A stretch of DNA of 56,801 bases from a virus (lineage: Duplodnaviria > Caudoviricetes): IMG/VR virus record IMGVR_UViG_3300031963_000179, positions 1-56,801 of that record; one strand, given 5' to 3'. Under the pieces are notes generated by a model, which was not told the DNA's origin, searched no databases, and worked only from the letters and a program-made list of their open reading frames with translations. The position numbers and the translations under genes are program-made. Positions 7,348-20,100 of this stretch are shown here, one piece after another (within the stretch, counting starts at the first letter, position 1; the number at the start of each line of letters is the position of its first letter).

Positions 7348-10248
7348 ATGGATAATATTATAAAAACTTCTGGTACTACGGAACAATATAAATTAAATCC
7401 GGGAGGATCAATTTCATATCCTTTCGCAGTAAAAGGAATAGTTAAACAAAATGTTGATAGCATCCGTACTGGAAGAATTAAAGTTTATATTGCAGATTTT
7501 GGTGCTACCGATCCTAATGATTCAAGTTCTTGGGTAGTTGTAAGTTATCTATCTCCCTTTTATGGATTTTTACCGGGTGATTATGCTCCTAACACTGCAA
7601 GTGATTCTTCTTATGGTACGTTTTTAGAAAATCCTACTAGTTATGGATTTTGGGCAACATCGCCAGATATAGGTTCAGAAGTCGTATGTTTGTTTTTGTA
7701 TGGTAAAAAGGATTTTGGTTATTACATAGGATGCATTCCGCAACCAGGAATAACACATATGGTTCCTGCAATTGGATCTACTAATGATGTAATAATGGAA
7801 GAAGCTGAGGCAGAAAAGTTTGGTGGATCTTCAAATCTACCTACAGTTGAAATGAATGTGCAGAATAATCAACTTTACAATACTCCAACTTTTTATGATC
7901 AGGCTAAACCAGTTCACAAAATAGTTGCTGCGCAACTTTGGCAACAAGGGCTACTTAGAGATTCTGTACGAGGAACGATTACAAGTAGTTCTACTAGAGA
8001 AAGTCCATCTCAAGTTTTTGGTATATCCACTCCAGGTAGACCAATTTATAAAGGTATTACCGGAGGTAGTGAAGGGGAGTTAGGAAAAAACGTAGACTCA
8101 GGGACTGCTGAGCAGGCTAAATTAATAGGTCGCAGAGGTGGACACACGTTCGTTTTAGATGATGGTGATTTTTTTGGACAAAACAATTTAATTAGATTAC
8201 GTAGCGCATCTGGACATCAAATCACAATGAGTGACGATGGTCAAACTCTTTTTATAATACATAGCAATGGTCAAAGCTATATTGAATTAGGTAAAGAAGG
8301 TACAGTAGATATCTATGCTACTAATAGTATAAATGTAAGAACCAAAGGTGATTTAAATTTACACGCGGATAATAATATTAATATTAATGCTAAGAAAAAA
8401 TTTAATATTTTTGCAGAAGAACTGAATATTAATAGTGATAAAAATACAAATCTACGAGTTGGTGAAAATTTTAGTCAACAAACTTTAAAAAATCATACTG
8501 TAAAGGTTGATGAAGCAATGAGTTTTTTATCAAAAAGCACTTCATCATTTAAAAGCGATGCAGTAACTTATATTAACGGAAGTAAAATTAATCTGAATAC
8601 AGGTAGTTCGCCAACAGTTCCTGCTGAGATTAAACCTATACCAGTAGTACAACACACTGATACATTTTTTGACGAAACACAAGGATGGGTTCCTGCCCCT
8701 GCTAAATTGCCTAGCATAAATTCACGTGTTCCTGCTCATACACCTTGGACTGATGCGAATAAAGGAGTTGATGTTAAAATCGATGATAGTGCAGCCGGCA
8801 ATTTCCCCTCACCTCCGTCACCTGCAGTTCAAAATACAAACGCTGCAACTGCAAATGTTCCTGTTAAAGTGACTACTCCTGCGGTTGCATCAACGGTTCC
8901 TAGCTCTAAATCTGCGAAAGGTAACTTTGATAAAAATACAACATCTGCTGCGGTGTCCCAAGCAGCCGTTTCTGCCGGCACTGATCCAGTTAAAGGCTCA
9001 GCAGCTTTAGCAGGAGGAGGAATCGTAACTAACAACGGAAGTAAAACTGCTGTTTTAGGAAAACTAGGACATTCACCAAATCAACTTGAAGAAGCTGGAG
9101 TCCTTAAACCAGGTGCAAGCACCGTTGCAAATAATTTAATTCAAAATAATAAATCATTAGATCAATCTATACCACCTAATTTGCTCACAGGTAAAGACGG
9201 TATTAACAATATAAATGATTATAACAAAAGTAGCACTGCACAAACTTCTACGCAAGTAAATTTAATGAATAGCAGTTACAATCAATTAAAGAGTAACGGT
9301 ATTATTCAAGGGAATGAAAGCCCAACTCAAATAACAGGGTTAGTTAATAGTACATCATCGTATGGAATAGGACCAGTAAAATCATATGTAAATGGTGCAT
9401 CCGGTTCTAATACTACACCATCAGCTCAAAGTAATAATGGAGCAATCGCATCTACAATATCTTCAGGGAACTATGCGGCAAATATGGCTGAAAAATTACT
9501 TAGCCCAGTTGGTTCAATGGTTTCTTCTGTTATATCAACAGGAGCTGCGATTGGAGCTGCAGTTGTAGGTGCAGCCTCTGCTGTGTTTAATGCTATCAAA
9601 GGCAGTTATACTAAATTAACCGCTGGCAAGCCTCAAAATTTATCAGCGTTGAATAGTAAAAATAGTCAAAATGGTGGCAACGCAGTTGGTGGATTGTACG
9701 GCGGCGACAATGCAATTAGCAATAACGTTAGTTCATCTTATTTTACTTCGCCTACCACTGTTAATCCGTCTCAGATAACACAATCTGTGGATGCATCAAC
9801 TAATGGTTTAGTAAATGCTACAGTATCAAATGTACCATCAGACGAGTTAGCAAGTTTACAAAGTGCGTCTAAATCTATATCTTCAAATGGTCCTGCAGCG
9901 ACTAAAATGCCAACTGCTGCAGTAAATACAGTTGATAGATCCTCAATAAAAAGCGCCACTACAGAAATCTATAGCGATAAAAGAATTTCTCTACCATACT
10001 CAGATAGTGCCGAATCTAAACCTCCTAAGGCAGAGGTTTTAGAACAATATAATGATTTAAGGGGAGAATTGGATGTCGCAGTTAATAATAGAAGGCAAAA
10101 CAAAATTAAATGGAAAGAAGCTGTTTCTACATACGGTGGCGAATCTGTTCAAGCCGTAACTGCATTACGTGATTATAAAGATTCAATCCGTGAAGTTGAA
10201 AGTTTAGAAACAGCAGTAGAGTTGGCATACAAAGAATTATATGGTTAA
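7348..10248 (+). CDS. baseplate central spike gp5/VgrG-like protein with a long C-terminal extension
   Basis: OB-fold signature GRIKVYI...PDIGSEVVCLF; beta-helix-like GHTFVLDD/GHQITMSD/SKINLN. Confidence 0.75.
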   Translation: MDNIIKTSGTTEQYKLNPGGSISYPFAVKGIVKQNVDSIRTGRIKVYIADFGATDPNDSSSWVVVSYLSPFYGFLPGDYAPNTASDSSYGTFLENPTSYGFWATSPDIGSEVVCLFLYGKKDFGYYIGCIPQPGITHMVPAIGSTNDVIMEEAEAEKFGGSSNLPTVEMNVQNNQLYNTPTFYDQAKPVHKIVAAQLWQQGLLRDSVRGTITSSSTRESPSQVFGISTPGRPIYKGITGGSEGELGKNVDSGTAEQAKLIGRRGGHTFVLDDGDFFGQNNLIRLRSASGHQITMSDDGQTLFIIHSNGQSYIELGKEGTVDIYATNSINVRTKGDLNLHADNNININAKKKFNIFAEELNINSDKNTNLRVGENFSQQTLKNHTVKVDEAMSFLSKSTSSFKSDAVTYINGSKINLNTGSSPTVPAEIKPIPVVQHTDTFFDETQGWVPAPAKLPSINSRVPAHTPWTDANKGVDVKIDDSAAGNFPSPPSPAVQNTNAATANVPVKVTTPAVASTVPSSKSAKGNFDKNTTSAAVSQAAVSAGTDPVKGSAALAGGGIVTNNGSKTAVLGKLGHSPNQLEEAGVLKPGASTVANNLIQNNKSLDQSIPPNLLTGKDGINNINDYNKSSTAQTSTQVNLMNSSYNQLKSNGIIQGNESPTQITGLVNSTSSYGIGPVKSYVNGASGSNTTPSAQSNNGAIASTISSGNYAANMAEKLLSPVGSMVSSVISTGAAIGAAVVGAASAVFNAIKGSYTKLTAGKPQNLSALNSKNSQNGGNAVGGLYGGDNAISNNVSSSYFTSPTTVNPSQITQSVDASTNGLVNATVSNVPSDELASLQSASKSISSNGPAATKMPTAAVNTVDRSSIKSATTEIYSDKRISLPYSDSAESKPPKAEVLEQYNDLRGELDVAVNNRRQNKIKWKEAVSTYGGESVQAVTALRDYKDSIREVESLETAVELAYKELYG

Positions 10249-10261
10249 GTGAGATATTATT

Positions 10262-10717
10262 ATGGTTATATACAAAGGATTTAGCACATTATTCACTAAT
10301 GCACAGAAACCTTCAATTATTCCACCTGGAATAAGTGGTGGTCCTGGATCAATTATTGCTCCTGTTTTACCAAACAAAAAGTTCAGTCTTTATGATGATC
10401 AACTTGTGATAGTCGATTTTTTAAACGCTCTTAATACTCCACAAGGACAAAAAGTAGGGAATCCTGCATATGGGACCTCTATTTGGACATACATATTCGA
10501 ACCAAATATTCCTGAGATTCAAATTCAGATTGACAACGAAATTCGCCGCATTGCGGCTCAGGATCCTAGAATAATATTAAACACTATCACAACTTATCCC
10601 TATGAAAATGGATTTTTGACAGAAATTGAAATGGCAGTATCTCCTCAGAACAAAGTTCAGCTATTACAACTTAATTTTGATAAAGGGAGTAGCACAGTAT
10701 CATTAAATAACCGTTGA
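10262..10717 (+). CDS. gp25: baseplate wedge gp25-like protein
   Basis: LNTPQGQKVGNPAYGTSIWTYIFEP...DPRI, a gp25/GPW signature. Confidence 0.85.
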   Translation: MVIYKGFSTLFTNAQKPSIIPPGISGGPGSIIAPVLPNKKFSLYDDQLVIVDFLNALNTPQGQKVGNPAYGTSIWTYIFEPNIPEIQIQIDNEIRRIAAQDPRIILNTITTYPYENGFLTEIEMAVSPQNKVQLLQLNFDKGSSTVSLNNR

Positions 10718-10738
10718 AAATAGTGGGTTTTTAGCAAA

Positions 10739-10746
10739 GATAAATA
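10739..10746 (+). promoter_or_regulatory. late promoter GATAAATA
   Basis: Intergenic, 18 nt before the gp6-like ATG. Confidence 0.75.
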
Positions 10747-10764
10747 TAAAAAAGAGATAAAAGT

Positions 10765-13700
10765 ATGGCTACAAGTTCAAGACAGGCAACAATTTTTGGT
10801 GTGAATGACTGGAAAACAGTCTATAAAACCTATAGTCAAGCAAATTTTCAAAGCTATGACTATGAAACTTTGCGAAAAAGTTTTATAGATTACCTGCGTT
10901 TGTACTACCCAGAAACTTTTAATGATTATGTTGAGAGTAGTGAATTTATAGCACTACTAGATGTTATTGCATTTATGGGTCAGGCTGTCTCATTTAGGGA
11001 TGATCTGAACACACGTGAAAATTTTATCGACACCGCAGAACGTAGAGACAGTGTAATTAAACTAGCAAATTTAGTAAATTATAATCCAAAAAGAAATAAT
11101 GCTGCTCAAGGATTTTTAAAAATTACTAGTCTAACTACAACAGAAAATGTTGTAGACATCAATGGTTTAGGTCTTGCAGGTATACCTGTATTTTGGAACG
11201 ACCCTGCTAATCCAAATTGGTTAGAGCAATTTTATTCTATAATAAATGCCACATTAGTTGATGCACAACGAGTCGGGAGACCTGGTAATACACAAGAAAT
11301 TTCAAATATTAAAACTGAAGAATATTCTTTGCGTATTCCAAATACTGTTTTACCTGTTATACCTTTTAATGCAACAGTTGGTGGTGTAACTATGAATTTT
11401 GAAGGGGTGAGTGCTACAAGTTTAAATCAAACCTATGTGTACGAAATTCCTCCTAATCCAAAAGGCACATTTAATATTTTATACAGAAATGATAAATTAG
11501 GTTACGGTAGTTTAAACACTGGATTCTTTTTATATTTTAAACAAGGTTCACTTGTAAATTATGATTTTACATTAAATCAACAAATTGCAAATCAGGTAGT
11601 TCCAATAGGAGAAATACAAGGAATTAATAATACTGATACATGGTTGTATAAAATTGATTCAACTAATAATAATTTAAATTATTGGCAACAAGTAGATAAT
11701 TTATATGCAAATACTTATTTAAGGGAAGAAAATTCACGTAAATCAGTATTTTCTGTAACTTCTAGATTTAACGATCAAGTAAATTATATTTTTGGGGACG
11801 GTGTTTTTAGTGAGATTCCTGTTGGTTCTTTTAGAGCATATGTAAGATCAAGTAATGGATTGCAATATTCAATCGATCCCGCTGAACTAACAAATACTAC
11901 ATTAACTTTCAGTTATGTAAGTAAATTTAATCGCATTGAAACTTTAACTATGACGGTTGAGCTAACACAGCCTGTTAATAATGCCCAATCAAGAGAGTCT
12001 ATACCAGATATAAAAGCAAAAGCACCCGTACACTTTTATTCTCAAAACAGAATGGTAAATGGTGAAGATTATAATAATTTTCCATACACACTTTACAGTT
12101 CTATAATAAAAACAAAAGCTTTAAATAGAAGTTCTATTGGAATTTCAAGAAATTTTGATTTACTTGATCCAACTGGCAAGTATTCAAGCACAACTAGTTT
12201 TTCTGATGACGGAGCATTATATTTTAACAGCAATGATAAGTTCTACGACTTTAATATAAGTGAGGCATCAGGATCCGCTAATAGGTTATTTAGTAATCAA
12301 ATTCTAGAAATTATCTCAAATAGAAATCTGTATCAATATTATGTTGTAACCTGTGCTAGATATCCTATTAATGTTGCTTCAGGCGATGGCATTACAACAT
12401 GGAATCAAACGAGTTATGATGGTACACTAGTTACTGGTTATTTTGAAAATGTAGCAGGACCTGTTGCAGCGGGTATTTATAGTGCATATAATATGAAATA
12501 TTGCACACCTGGTTCTTTATTAAAATTTGTTGCTCCATCTGGATATTACTTTCTTAATGATAGATTAGTAGCAGGAGCTGCACCTTCAATTAATAATACG
12601 TTTATGTGGGTAAATGTTTTAAACGTTGTTGAGGATGGGTTTAACGGGGGTGAGGGCAATTTATATAATGGATTAGGTCCAGTAAGTTTAAGTAAGTTTG
12701 TTTCAACTGGTGCAATCCTTGAAACTATTATTCCAGTTTTTGATAATATCTTACCGAATCCAATATTGCAAGAAGTTCTAACTTATTTTGAGAATTTACA
12801 AAGTTTTTCTTTATATTATGTGAATATTCTGCCGGTTAATGTTAATAGATGGTTTATAGGAAGCTATAATAGACCAGACGCTCTTATAAAATTTGAAAGT
12901 TTAGGAGAGGGTGCATATAGAATAACAAGTAAAGCTATCACATATTATTTTGGAAGTGTTAAGAATACAAGGTTTACTTTTGATTCAGAAAAAATTATTT
13001 TTGATCCTCTATCAGGAACCTTAGCTTATGATACGGTCAAAGTTTTAAAAACTAATACGACACCTAATTCATTATCTATTTTAGGAGAAGATTTTAGACT
13101 TAATGTGGTAGGACAAACAGTTGAATCAGACGGTTACCCTGATGATTATGCGATTGAGGTAAGTAGTCTAGACTCAAAAAATTCTTCTTTAATTGATAAT
13201 CCAGATTTTTTTACTACCATTACAGGTTATACTTTTGGTTCAACAAACACCTCAAATTTTGTTTTTATTGAGACTTTTACTGATATTAATTATCTTACAA
13301 AAAATGGATTAACTGAACCAACTTTAATTAATTATTCTTATGGAAATAAAAACGATGTTGAAGTAGTTAAATATGAATTTCCTGTAGGACAAATTTTTTA
13401 CACATACGTAGAAAATAAATTTTATAAATCTGTTGCTGACACAACATCATTAAACATCGTAAATTTAACAGAAGTAACAAATTATTCCTCACAATCAGGA
13501 AGACAAAGTTTATTTTTTCAATACAATCATTTAAGTAATAACACTACAAGAATTGATCCTGGTACAACAAACATCATTGATTTATATGTAGTAACTTTGG
13601 CTTATTATACTTCTTATAACAACTGGATTAAAGACACAACGGGAACTGTATCTGAACCACTGAGACCAACAGTAGAACAATTAACACAAGAATATAACAA

Positions 13701-14121
13701 AGTAAATGACTACAAAATGATGAGTGACACAATTGTTTTAAATAGCGTCACTTTCAAACCTCTTTTTGGTAACAAAGCTTCTCCTCAGCTACAGGCTACT
13801 ATTAAAGTAATAAAGTCTAGTCTGACAACAGCGAGTGATAGTGAAGTTCGTGCTGCAGTTATTACTGCAATGAATAATTATTTTAGTATTGATAATTGGG
13901 ATTTTGGAGATACCTTCTTTTTTAGTGAACTAAGCGCATACTTACATTCAAATTTAGATGGACTTATAAGTTCTGCGATCTTAGTTCCAAAAGACCCCTC
14001 TTTGACTTTTGGTGATTTATATGAAATAAGGTGTGCGCCGTATGAGATTTTTGTGAACGGTGCTCAATCAAACGATATAGTTATTATTTCAGCGATTACT
14101 CCTGAACAACTACAACCTTAA
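10765..14121 (+). CDS. gp6: baseplate wedge gp6-like protein
   Basis: ENFIDTAERRDSVIKLANLVNYNPKR, FGDGVF, ESIPDIKAKAP...QNRMVNGEDY. Confidence 0.85.
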   Translation: MATSSRQATIFGVNDWKTVYKTYSQANFQSYDYETLRKSFIDYLRLYYPETFNDYVESSEFIALLDVIAFMGQAVSFRDDLNTRENFIDTAERRDSVIKLANLVNYNPKRNNAAQGFLKITSLTTTENVVDINGLGLAGIPVFWNDPANPNWLEQFYSIINATLVDAQRVGRPGNTQEISNIKTEEYSLRIPNTVLPVIPFNATVGGVTMNFEGVSATSLNQTYVYEIPPNPKGTFNILYRNDKLGYGSLNTGFFLYFKQGSLVNYDFTLNQQIANQVVPIGEIQGINNTDTWLYKIDSTNNNLNYWQQVDNLYANTYLREENSRKSVFSVTSRFNDQVNYIFGDGVFSEIPVGSFRAYVRSSNGLQYSIDPAELTNTTLTFSYVSKFNRIETLTMTVELTQPVNNAQSRESIPDIKAKAPVHFYSQNRMVNGEDYNNFPYTLYSSIIKTKALNRSSIGISRNFDLLDPTGKYSSTTSFSDDGALYFNSNDKFYDFNISEASGSANRLFSNQILEIISNRNLYQYYVVTCARYPINVASGDGITTWNQTSYDGTLVTGYFENVAGPVAAGIYSAYNMKYCTPGSLLKFVAPSGYYFLNDRLVAGAAPSINNTFMWVNVLNVVEDGFNGGEGNLYNGLGPVSLSKFVSTGAILETIIPVFDNILPNPILQEVLTYFENLQSFSLYYVNILPVNVNRWFIGSYNRPDALIKFESLGEGAYRITSKAITYYFGSVKNTRFTFDSEKIIFDPLSGTLAYDTVKVLKTNTTPNSLSILGEDFRLNVVGQTVESDGYPDDYAIEVSSLDSKNSSLIDNPDFFTTITGYTFGSTNTSNFVFIETFTDINYLTKNGLTEPTLINYSYGNKNDVEVVKYEFPVGQIFYTYVENKFYKSVADTTSLNIVNLTEVTNYSSQSGRQSLFFQYNHLSNNTTRIDPGTTNIIDLYVVTLAYYTSYNNWIKDTTGTVSEPLRPTVEQLTQEYNKVNDYKMMSDTIVLNSVTFKPLFGNKASPQLQATIKVIKSSLTTASDSEVRAAVITAMNNYFSIDNWDFGDTFFFSELSAYLHSNLDGLISSAILVPKDPSLTFGDLYEIRCAPYEIFVNGAQSNDIVIISAITPEQLQP

Positions 14122-14132
14122 CGGAAAAATAT

Positions 14133-17100
14133 ATGGTAGCGCAAGTAAGAACAATTGATTTTCTTCCAGAAATTTTTAAAACAACACCTAATGAAAATTT
14201 TCTATCCGCCACATTGGATCAACTTGTTAAACAGCAAGATTTAGAAAAATTACAAGGTTATATTGGAAGAAGATTTGAATATGGTCTTACTCCTAATTCC
14301 TATTACGTACCTGAAATTAATAAAACAAGAACAGATTATCAATTAGAACCAGCTATCATTTTTAAAAAAAATGAGACTAGCCGTGCTATAGATTTTATAA
14401 GTTATCCTGAAATGATTGATGCGCTAAAACTACAGGGCGCACCAATTACTAATAACTCTTTATTGTTTGATAATCAATTTTATAGTTGGGATAGTTTTGC
14501 AGATTTAGATAAACTGTCAAATTATAGTCAATATTATTGGTTACCGTTTGGTCCTGATGTTGTTAATGTCGAACCTTTACCGGTAAATTTAACTTCATTT
14601 TTTGATGTAATAAGTCAGACAAATGAATTTTTGTTCATACAAGATAATTTTAAAATAGAAGAATTTAACCCGGTTATAACACTCTTAAGAGGCGGAACAT
14701 ACTATTTTAATGTTAAACAAAATTCAAAATTTTGGATTCAAACAATGCCTGGATTGTCTGGCACTGTACCTAACAGAACAAATGTTAGCACCAGAGATAT
14801 TTTTGGATTAGAAAATAACGGAACAAACGAGGGAGTAATTACTTTTAATGTCCCTAGATCAGATGCACAGAACGAAACTACATATCAGGGGAATATAAAT
14901 GTAGACCTAGTAAGCGATCAAGCCTTTACTAACATACATGGTCAACGATTAAGCACAATTGGAAATATTGATGGTGCAACCAATTTACTTGACAAAACTA
15001 TTTTGTTTTATGGATCATCTGCTCTGCAAAATGCATCGGTAGAAACATTTTTTGATGAGCTTCCTTTTGATCAGGATACAATAAATCCTGTAGGATTTGA
15101 TTCTACTACATTTGTCAACGTAAATCAATTTTTCTTCAAAGTTAATTATAATGAAACTGATATACCAGGTGACCCTATAATAAGTCTTACTCCACTAACT
15201 GTTATCCCACAAGATACGAATATAACAGTTTTATCAGGAAACAAATATATTTCTAAAAAGTTTGTTCGTTTACAAACTGGTGAGATACAAATTATTCCAG
15301 AAATAACTGCTCCTTTAGATGTTTTGTATTATCAAGATAGTTCTAATTTAAAAAAATTCGGCATAATAAAAATAGTTGATAACAATACTGAAAATTTTAT
15401 AAATGTAGAAACTGAAATTTTAGGTAAGTTAACTTATACTTCTCCTAATAATGTAAAATTTACTAATGGTTTAAAAATTAGTTTCTCAGGAGATATTATT
15501 CCTGAGAAATACAAGAATGACCAATATTATGTAGAAGGTGTAGGGACAGGAATTAAATTAATACCAAATTCATCACTTGTAACTCCAGAATCATATTCTC
15601 AAAGTGTATATTATCCATACGATATATCGCCATATGATATAGCACCATACTCTGATATTGTTGAATCACCAATTGCACAAGATTATATTACAATTAGTAG
15701 AGCAGCAAATAATTTAAATGCATGGTCACGCGGAAATAGATGGTTTCACTCACAAGTAATACAAGAAACTATTAAACACACTAATAGTAGTAATTTATTA
15801 AACGTAATTAACAGTAATGAAGCCAGAGCAAAACGACCAATTATTGAATTTTATCCTAATTTAAAATTATTTAATTTAGGTACTGAGGCTAGAGGACCAG
15901 TCGATTATTTTGATGTAACCGCTACAGACGCCTTTACACAAGTTGCAAATCAATTGCAATATTATCCAGACGGATCAAGTTTTGGTTTATTTGACGGCTG
16001 TCGGGTCGTATTTTCTGCGGACACAGACGTTAATGTTAGAAACAAAATTTTTAGAGTAAATTTTGTTTCAACTGCGGAGGCACTACAAACATCAACTACA
16101 ATTGTTTCAACGTCTGCTTCCACTGATAGGTTAACTGTTTCTGATTCAACGAAATTTGTTGTGGGTAGTTTAGTTTCTTTGAATCAAAGTATAGGTGGAT
16201 TATCTGCATTTACCAAATATTATGTGTACGATAAACCTAATACTACTTCACTTAGATTAAGCACGGACCCTAATTTAAGTTCATTTATACAATTATCCAA
16301 TGATTCAGGGAACGTTCTTTTAACACAGGCACCACCAATCATAACATTTACAAAGATTGCGAACGGTGACATAGAAAATCTTGACCAAGTTGTTGTTTTA
16401 CTAGGACAAGTAAGAAAGGGATATACGTATTGGTTTGATGGAACAAATTGGATTCAGGGACAACTCAAAACAACAGTAAATCAGCCACCTTTATTTGATG
16501 TATTTGATACTAATGGTTTAAGTTTTGGTGATACAGATTATTATAATAGTTCTAGTTTTATTGGAACATCTTTATTTCAATATGCAACTGGAACAGGGAA
16601 TAATGATCCCGTACTGGGATTTCCTTTAAAATATAGTTCAGTAGATAACATAGGAGATATTCAATTTGATGTTTCTTTTAATACGGATCAATTTACCTAT
16701 GTATTAAATGGAAACCCAACTACACAAAATGTTAATGAAGGATACGTATATAATTATAATTCACGTGACACATATAATCGAGAGTTAGGATGGCAAACAG
16801 CTATATCAGAAAGTTTTCAATATCAGGCGTTCACATTTAACTACAATCCTTTAAACGGAGATGCTAAATTTATTTGTGATGTACCAGCAAATTCATCAGA
16901 ATCTACTGCATGGCCTGTAATTAAAGTTACTGTTAGAGATAATGTATTATTTGACAGTGAATTTAGTTATGTAGTAGAAAATAATACTACAATTGTAACT
17001 TTAAATGCTAATCCAATTTTAGAAACACCAGTGCAAATTTTAATTTATAGTAATCAAGTTAGTAAAAATGCATATTTTACTATTCCCACAAATTTAGAAA

Positions 17101-20100
17101 ATAATATTTTCAACGCACAAATAAAAAATTTAAATTTAGGAGATTTAAAAAATCACTACTTAAGTATTTGCACAAACAGCAAAAGAATTACAGGTCAAAT
17201 TTTTGGTTCCAACAATTATAGAGATTTGCCCAATCTAGTTAGATACGGAACTAAAATTATTCAAAATAGTGCTCCACTGTCATTGACAGGAGCTTTGTTA
17301 AAAAATGCAAATTATAATTTAATTGATGCTTTAAACTTTAATGCAAACGAATATGTTAAGTATAAAAGTTTGTTGATAGATATCGTAAATAAAACTCCTT
17401 ATGAAAGTTATCAAATAGCATCTACTATTTTAGATAACGCTATTAATGAAATTACCTCTTTTAAAGCTCAAAATAACTCATTCTTTTGGTCAGACATGCT
17501 TCCAAACAGAGGAGCGTATATTACTAATAGATATACTTTTAAAGCGGATGTACAACAAGCACAATTTTCTTTAAGTAAGATTTATAATTTTAGCTCTGCC
17601 AATTATAATGGTGTACTTCTTTATGTGTTGAGAGAGGTAGAGGGAGTTCTAGTAGAAAAACAATTAATCAGAAATGTCGATTATACTGTGAGTGCAGACG
17701 AACCTTTAGTAACAGTTCAAACAGATTTAATCGCAGGTGATGTAATAGTCGTTAATGAATATAACCAAACTTATGGAAGTTATGTTCCAAACACACCAAC
17801 TAAGTTAGGATTTTATCCTGCAACCGTACCTGAGGTTGTTTACGATTCTTCTTATCTAACACCAACGTGGTTTATTAAAGGACATGATGGTTCGTTAACT
17901 ACGCTATACGGAAGTTATACAAATGGTAATCTTACTGATTATAGAGATCAGGTAATTTTTGAGTTCGAATGTAGAATTTATAATAATATAAAAGTTAGTT
18001 CTAGAATTCCTATATCAAGTGATGAAATTTTACCTGGACAGTTTAGAAAAACAAATTATAATTACGATGAAATTTTACAATTATATTCTTTATCCTTTTT
18101 AAATTGGGTAGGACAAAATAGAATAGATTACAAATCACAATACTATATTACAACCGATCCATATACATATAATTATTATCAAGCTACAAATAAATTAGAC
18201 AACACAATTGTAAAAAGAGGCAATTGGAAGGGTCTTTACAATTGGTTTTTCGATACTGCAACTCCAAACTTAACTCCATGGGAACTAATTGGATATACTA
18301 ATAAACCAGTTTGGTGGGATGGCTATTATGGCGCAGCACCTTATACTAAAAATAACTTGGTGTTGTGGACTGATATGGAAAATGGCTATGATTATAATGA
18401 CGGTAATCCTATAATAATTGAGTCTAGAAAAAGACCAGGTTTGTTAAAAGTTTTGCCAGTAGATGATTTAGGTAACTTAGTAGATCCATTAAATTCCGTT
18501 ATAGGTAATTATGATGAATTAACCTTTCAAACTCAATGGAAAGTAGGTGATTGGGGGCCTGCCGAATATAGTTATCTAAAAAGTAGCACTTGGCCTTTTG
18601 ATTTAGTTAAAATTTTAGCGTTATGTAAGCCAGCAAAGTTTTTTGCATTGGGTGAAAATTTAGATACCTACAAATATAATACAGAATTTAATCAATATTT
18701 GTTAAATGATAAATTTAGATTTACTACAACAGGCACCGTTGTGTATGGTAGTGGAACAGCACAACATAGTTATATAAATTGGATTGTAGATTATGTACAG
18801 AGTACTGGTAACTCAGGTTATGATCTACTTACAAATTATTTAAACAATCTAGATGTTCGTTTGGTATACAGATTAGCTGGATTCAGTGACAAAGAATTGC
18901 TGAAGTTTTATGTAGACAAAGGCTCACCGAATAGCAAAAATAATACTCTACTAATACCAGATGAAAGCTATAGTGTTTTATTACATGAAAATCAGCCGTT
19001 TGACACAATAATTTATAGTTCAATTATAATTCAAAAAACTGATACAGGATATCAGGTTTATGGAAATAGCCAAAACAAAATTTATTTTAAAGCATTGGCT
19101 CCATTAGTAAATGGTAAATACGAAACAATTACGTCTGGATCTTTATCAGTAAAAATATCAAAAAATTCTAGTGATAGAGTGATAATTGTACCTTACAGTA
19201 CAGAGTTTAGTACGCCGCAGGCTTTAGCAGAATTTATAAATGGGTATGGAAACTATTTAAGTTCTCAGGGACTCTTATTTGATCAAGTAGAAAATAATGT
19301 AATTCTCAATTGGAACACTATGATTCAAGAAGTTCTTGCATGGATACAAGCAGGGTGGGAAACAGGTTCAATACTAAATATAAATCCTTTAGCTAAAAAG
19401 ATTGTTATAGACAAAGAAAACTCTATTGTACAACCTCTTACTATTCAAGAACAAAATTACATTTTGAATCAGAATTTGATTCCTATACAAATTAAGGATA
19501 TGTCAGTTATTCGTAATGGTGTTGAATTCTCTGCGATTCCAATCAAAGTTGATGATACTATTGCATACCTTAATGCTAACCTTAGTAATATGGAACATGC
19601 GATTGTGTTTGATAACGTTACACTTTTTAATGATTTAATTTACGATCCTAATACAGGTCTACGACAGTATCGTATGCTTTTAAAAGGAGCAAAAACTGCT
19701 ACGTGGGACGGCACAGTTGATACTAAGGGTTTTATTTTAAATCAAGACAATGTTTTGGAATGGCAAATCAATACCAAATATACTAAAGGTATTATCGTCA
19801 AATATAAAAATAATTATTACGCTGCTAATGAAATAATCCAACCGTCAGATACCTTTCAACAAGGATTTTGGACAAAAGTAGATTATGATGAAATACAAAA
19901 AGGGTTATTACCGAATGCAAGTAGCAGAGCATATGAAAGCACTTTATATTATAATTCATACACTGCAAATTTGGAAAATGATGCGGATTTATTAGCATTT
20001 TCTCTTATTGGATATAGACCAAGAAATTACCTAGTCGCTGCTAATTTAGATGATATATCTCAAGTAAATTTATATAAAACTATGATTGTAGAGAAAGGAA

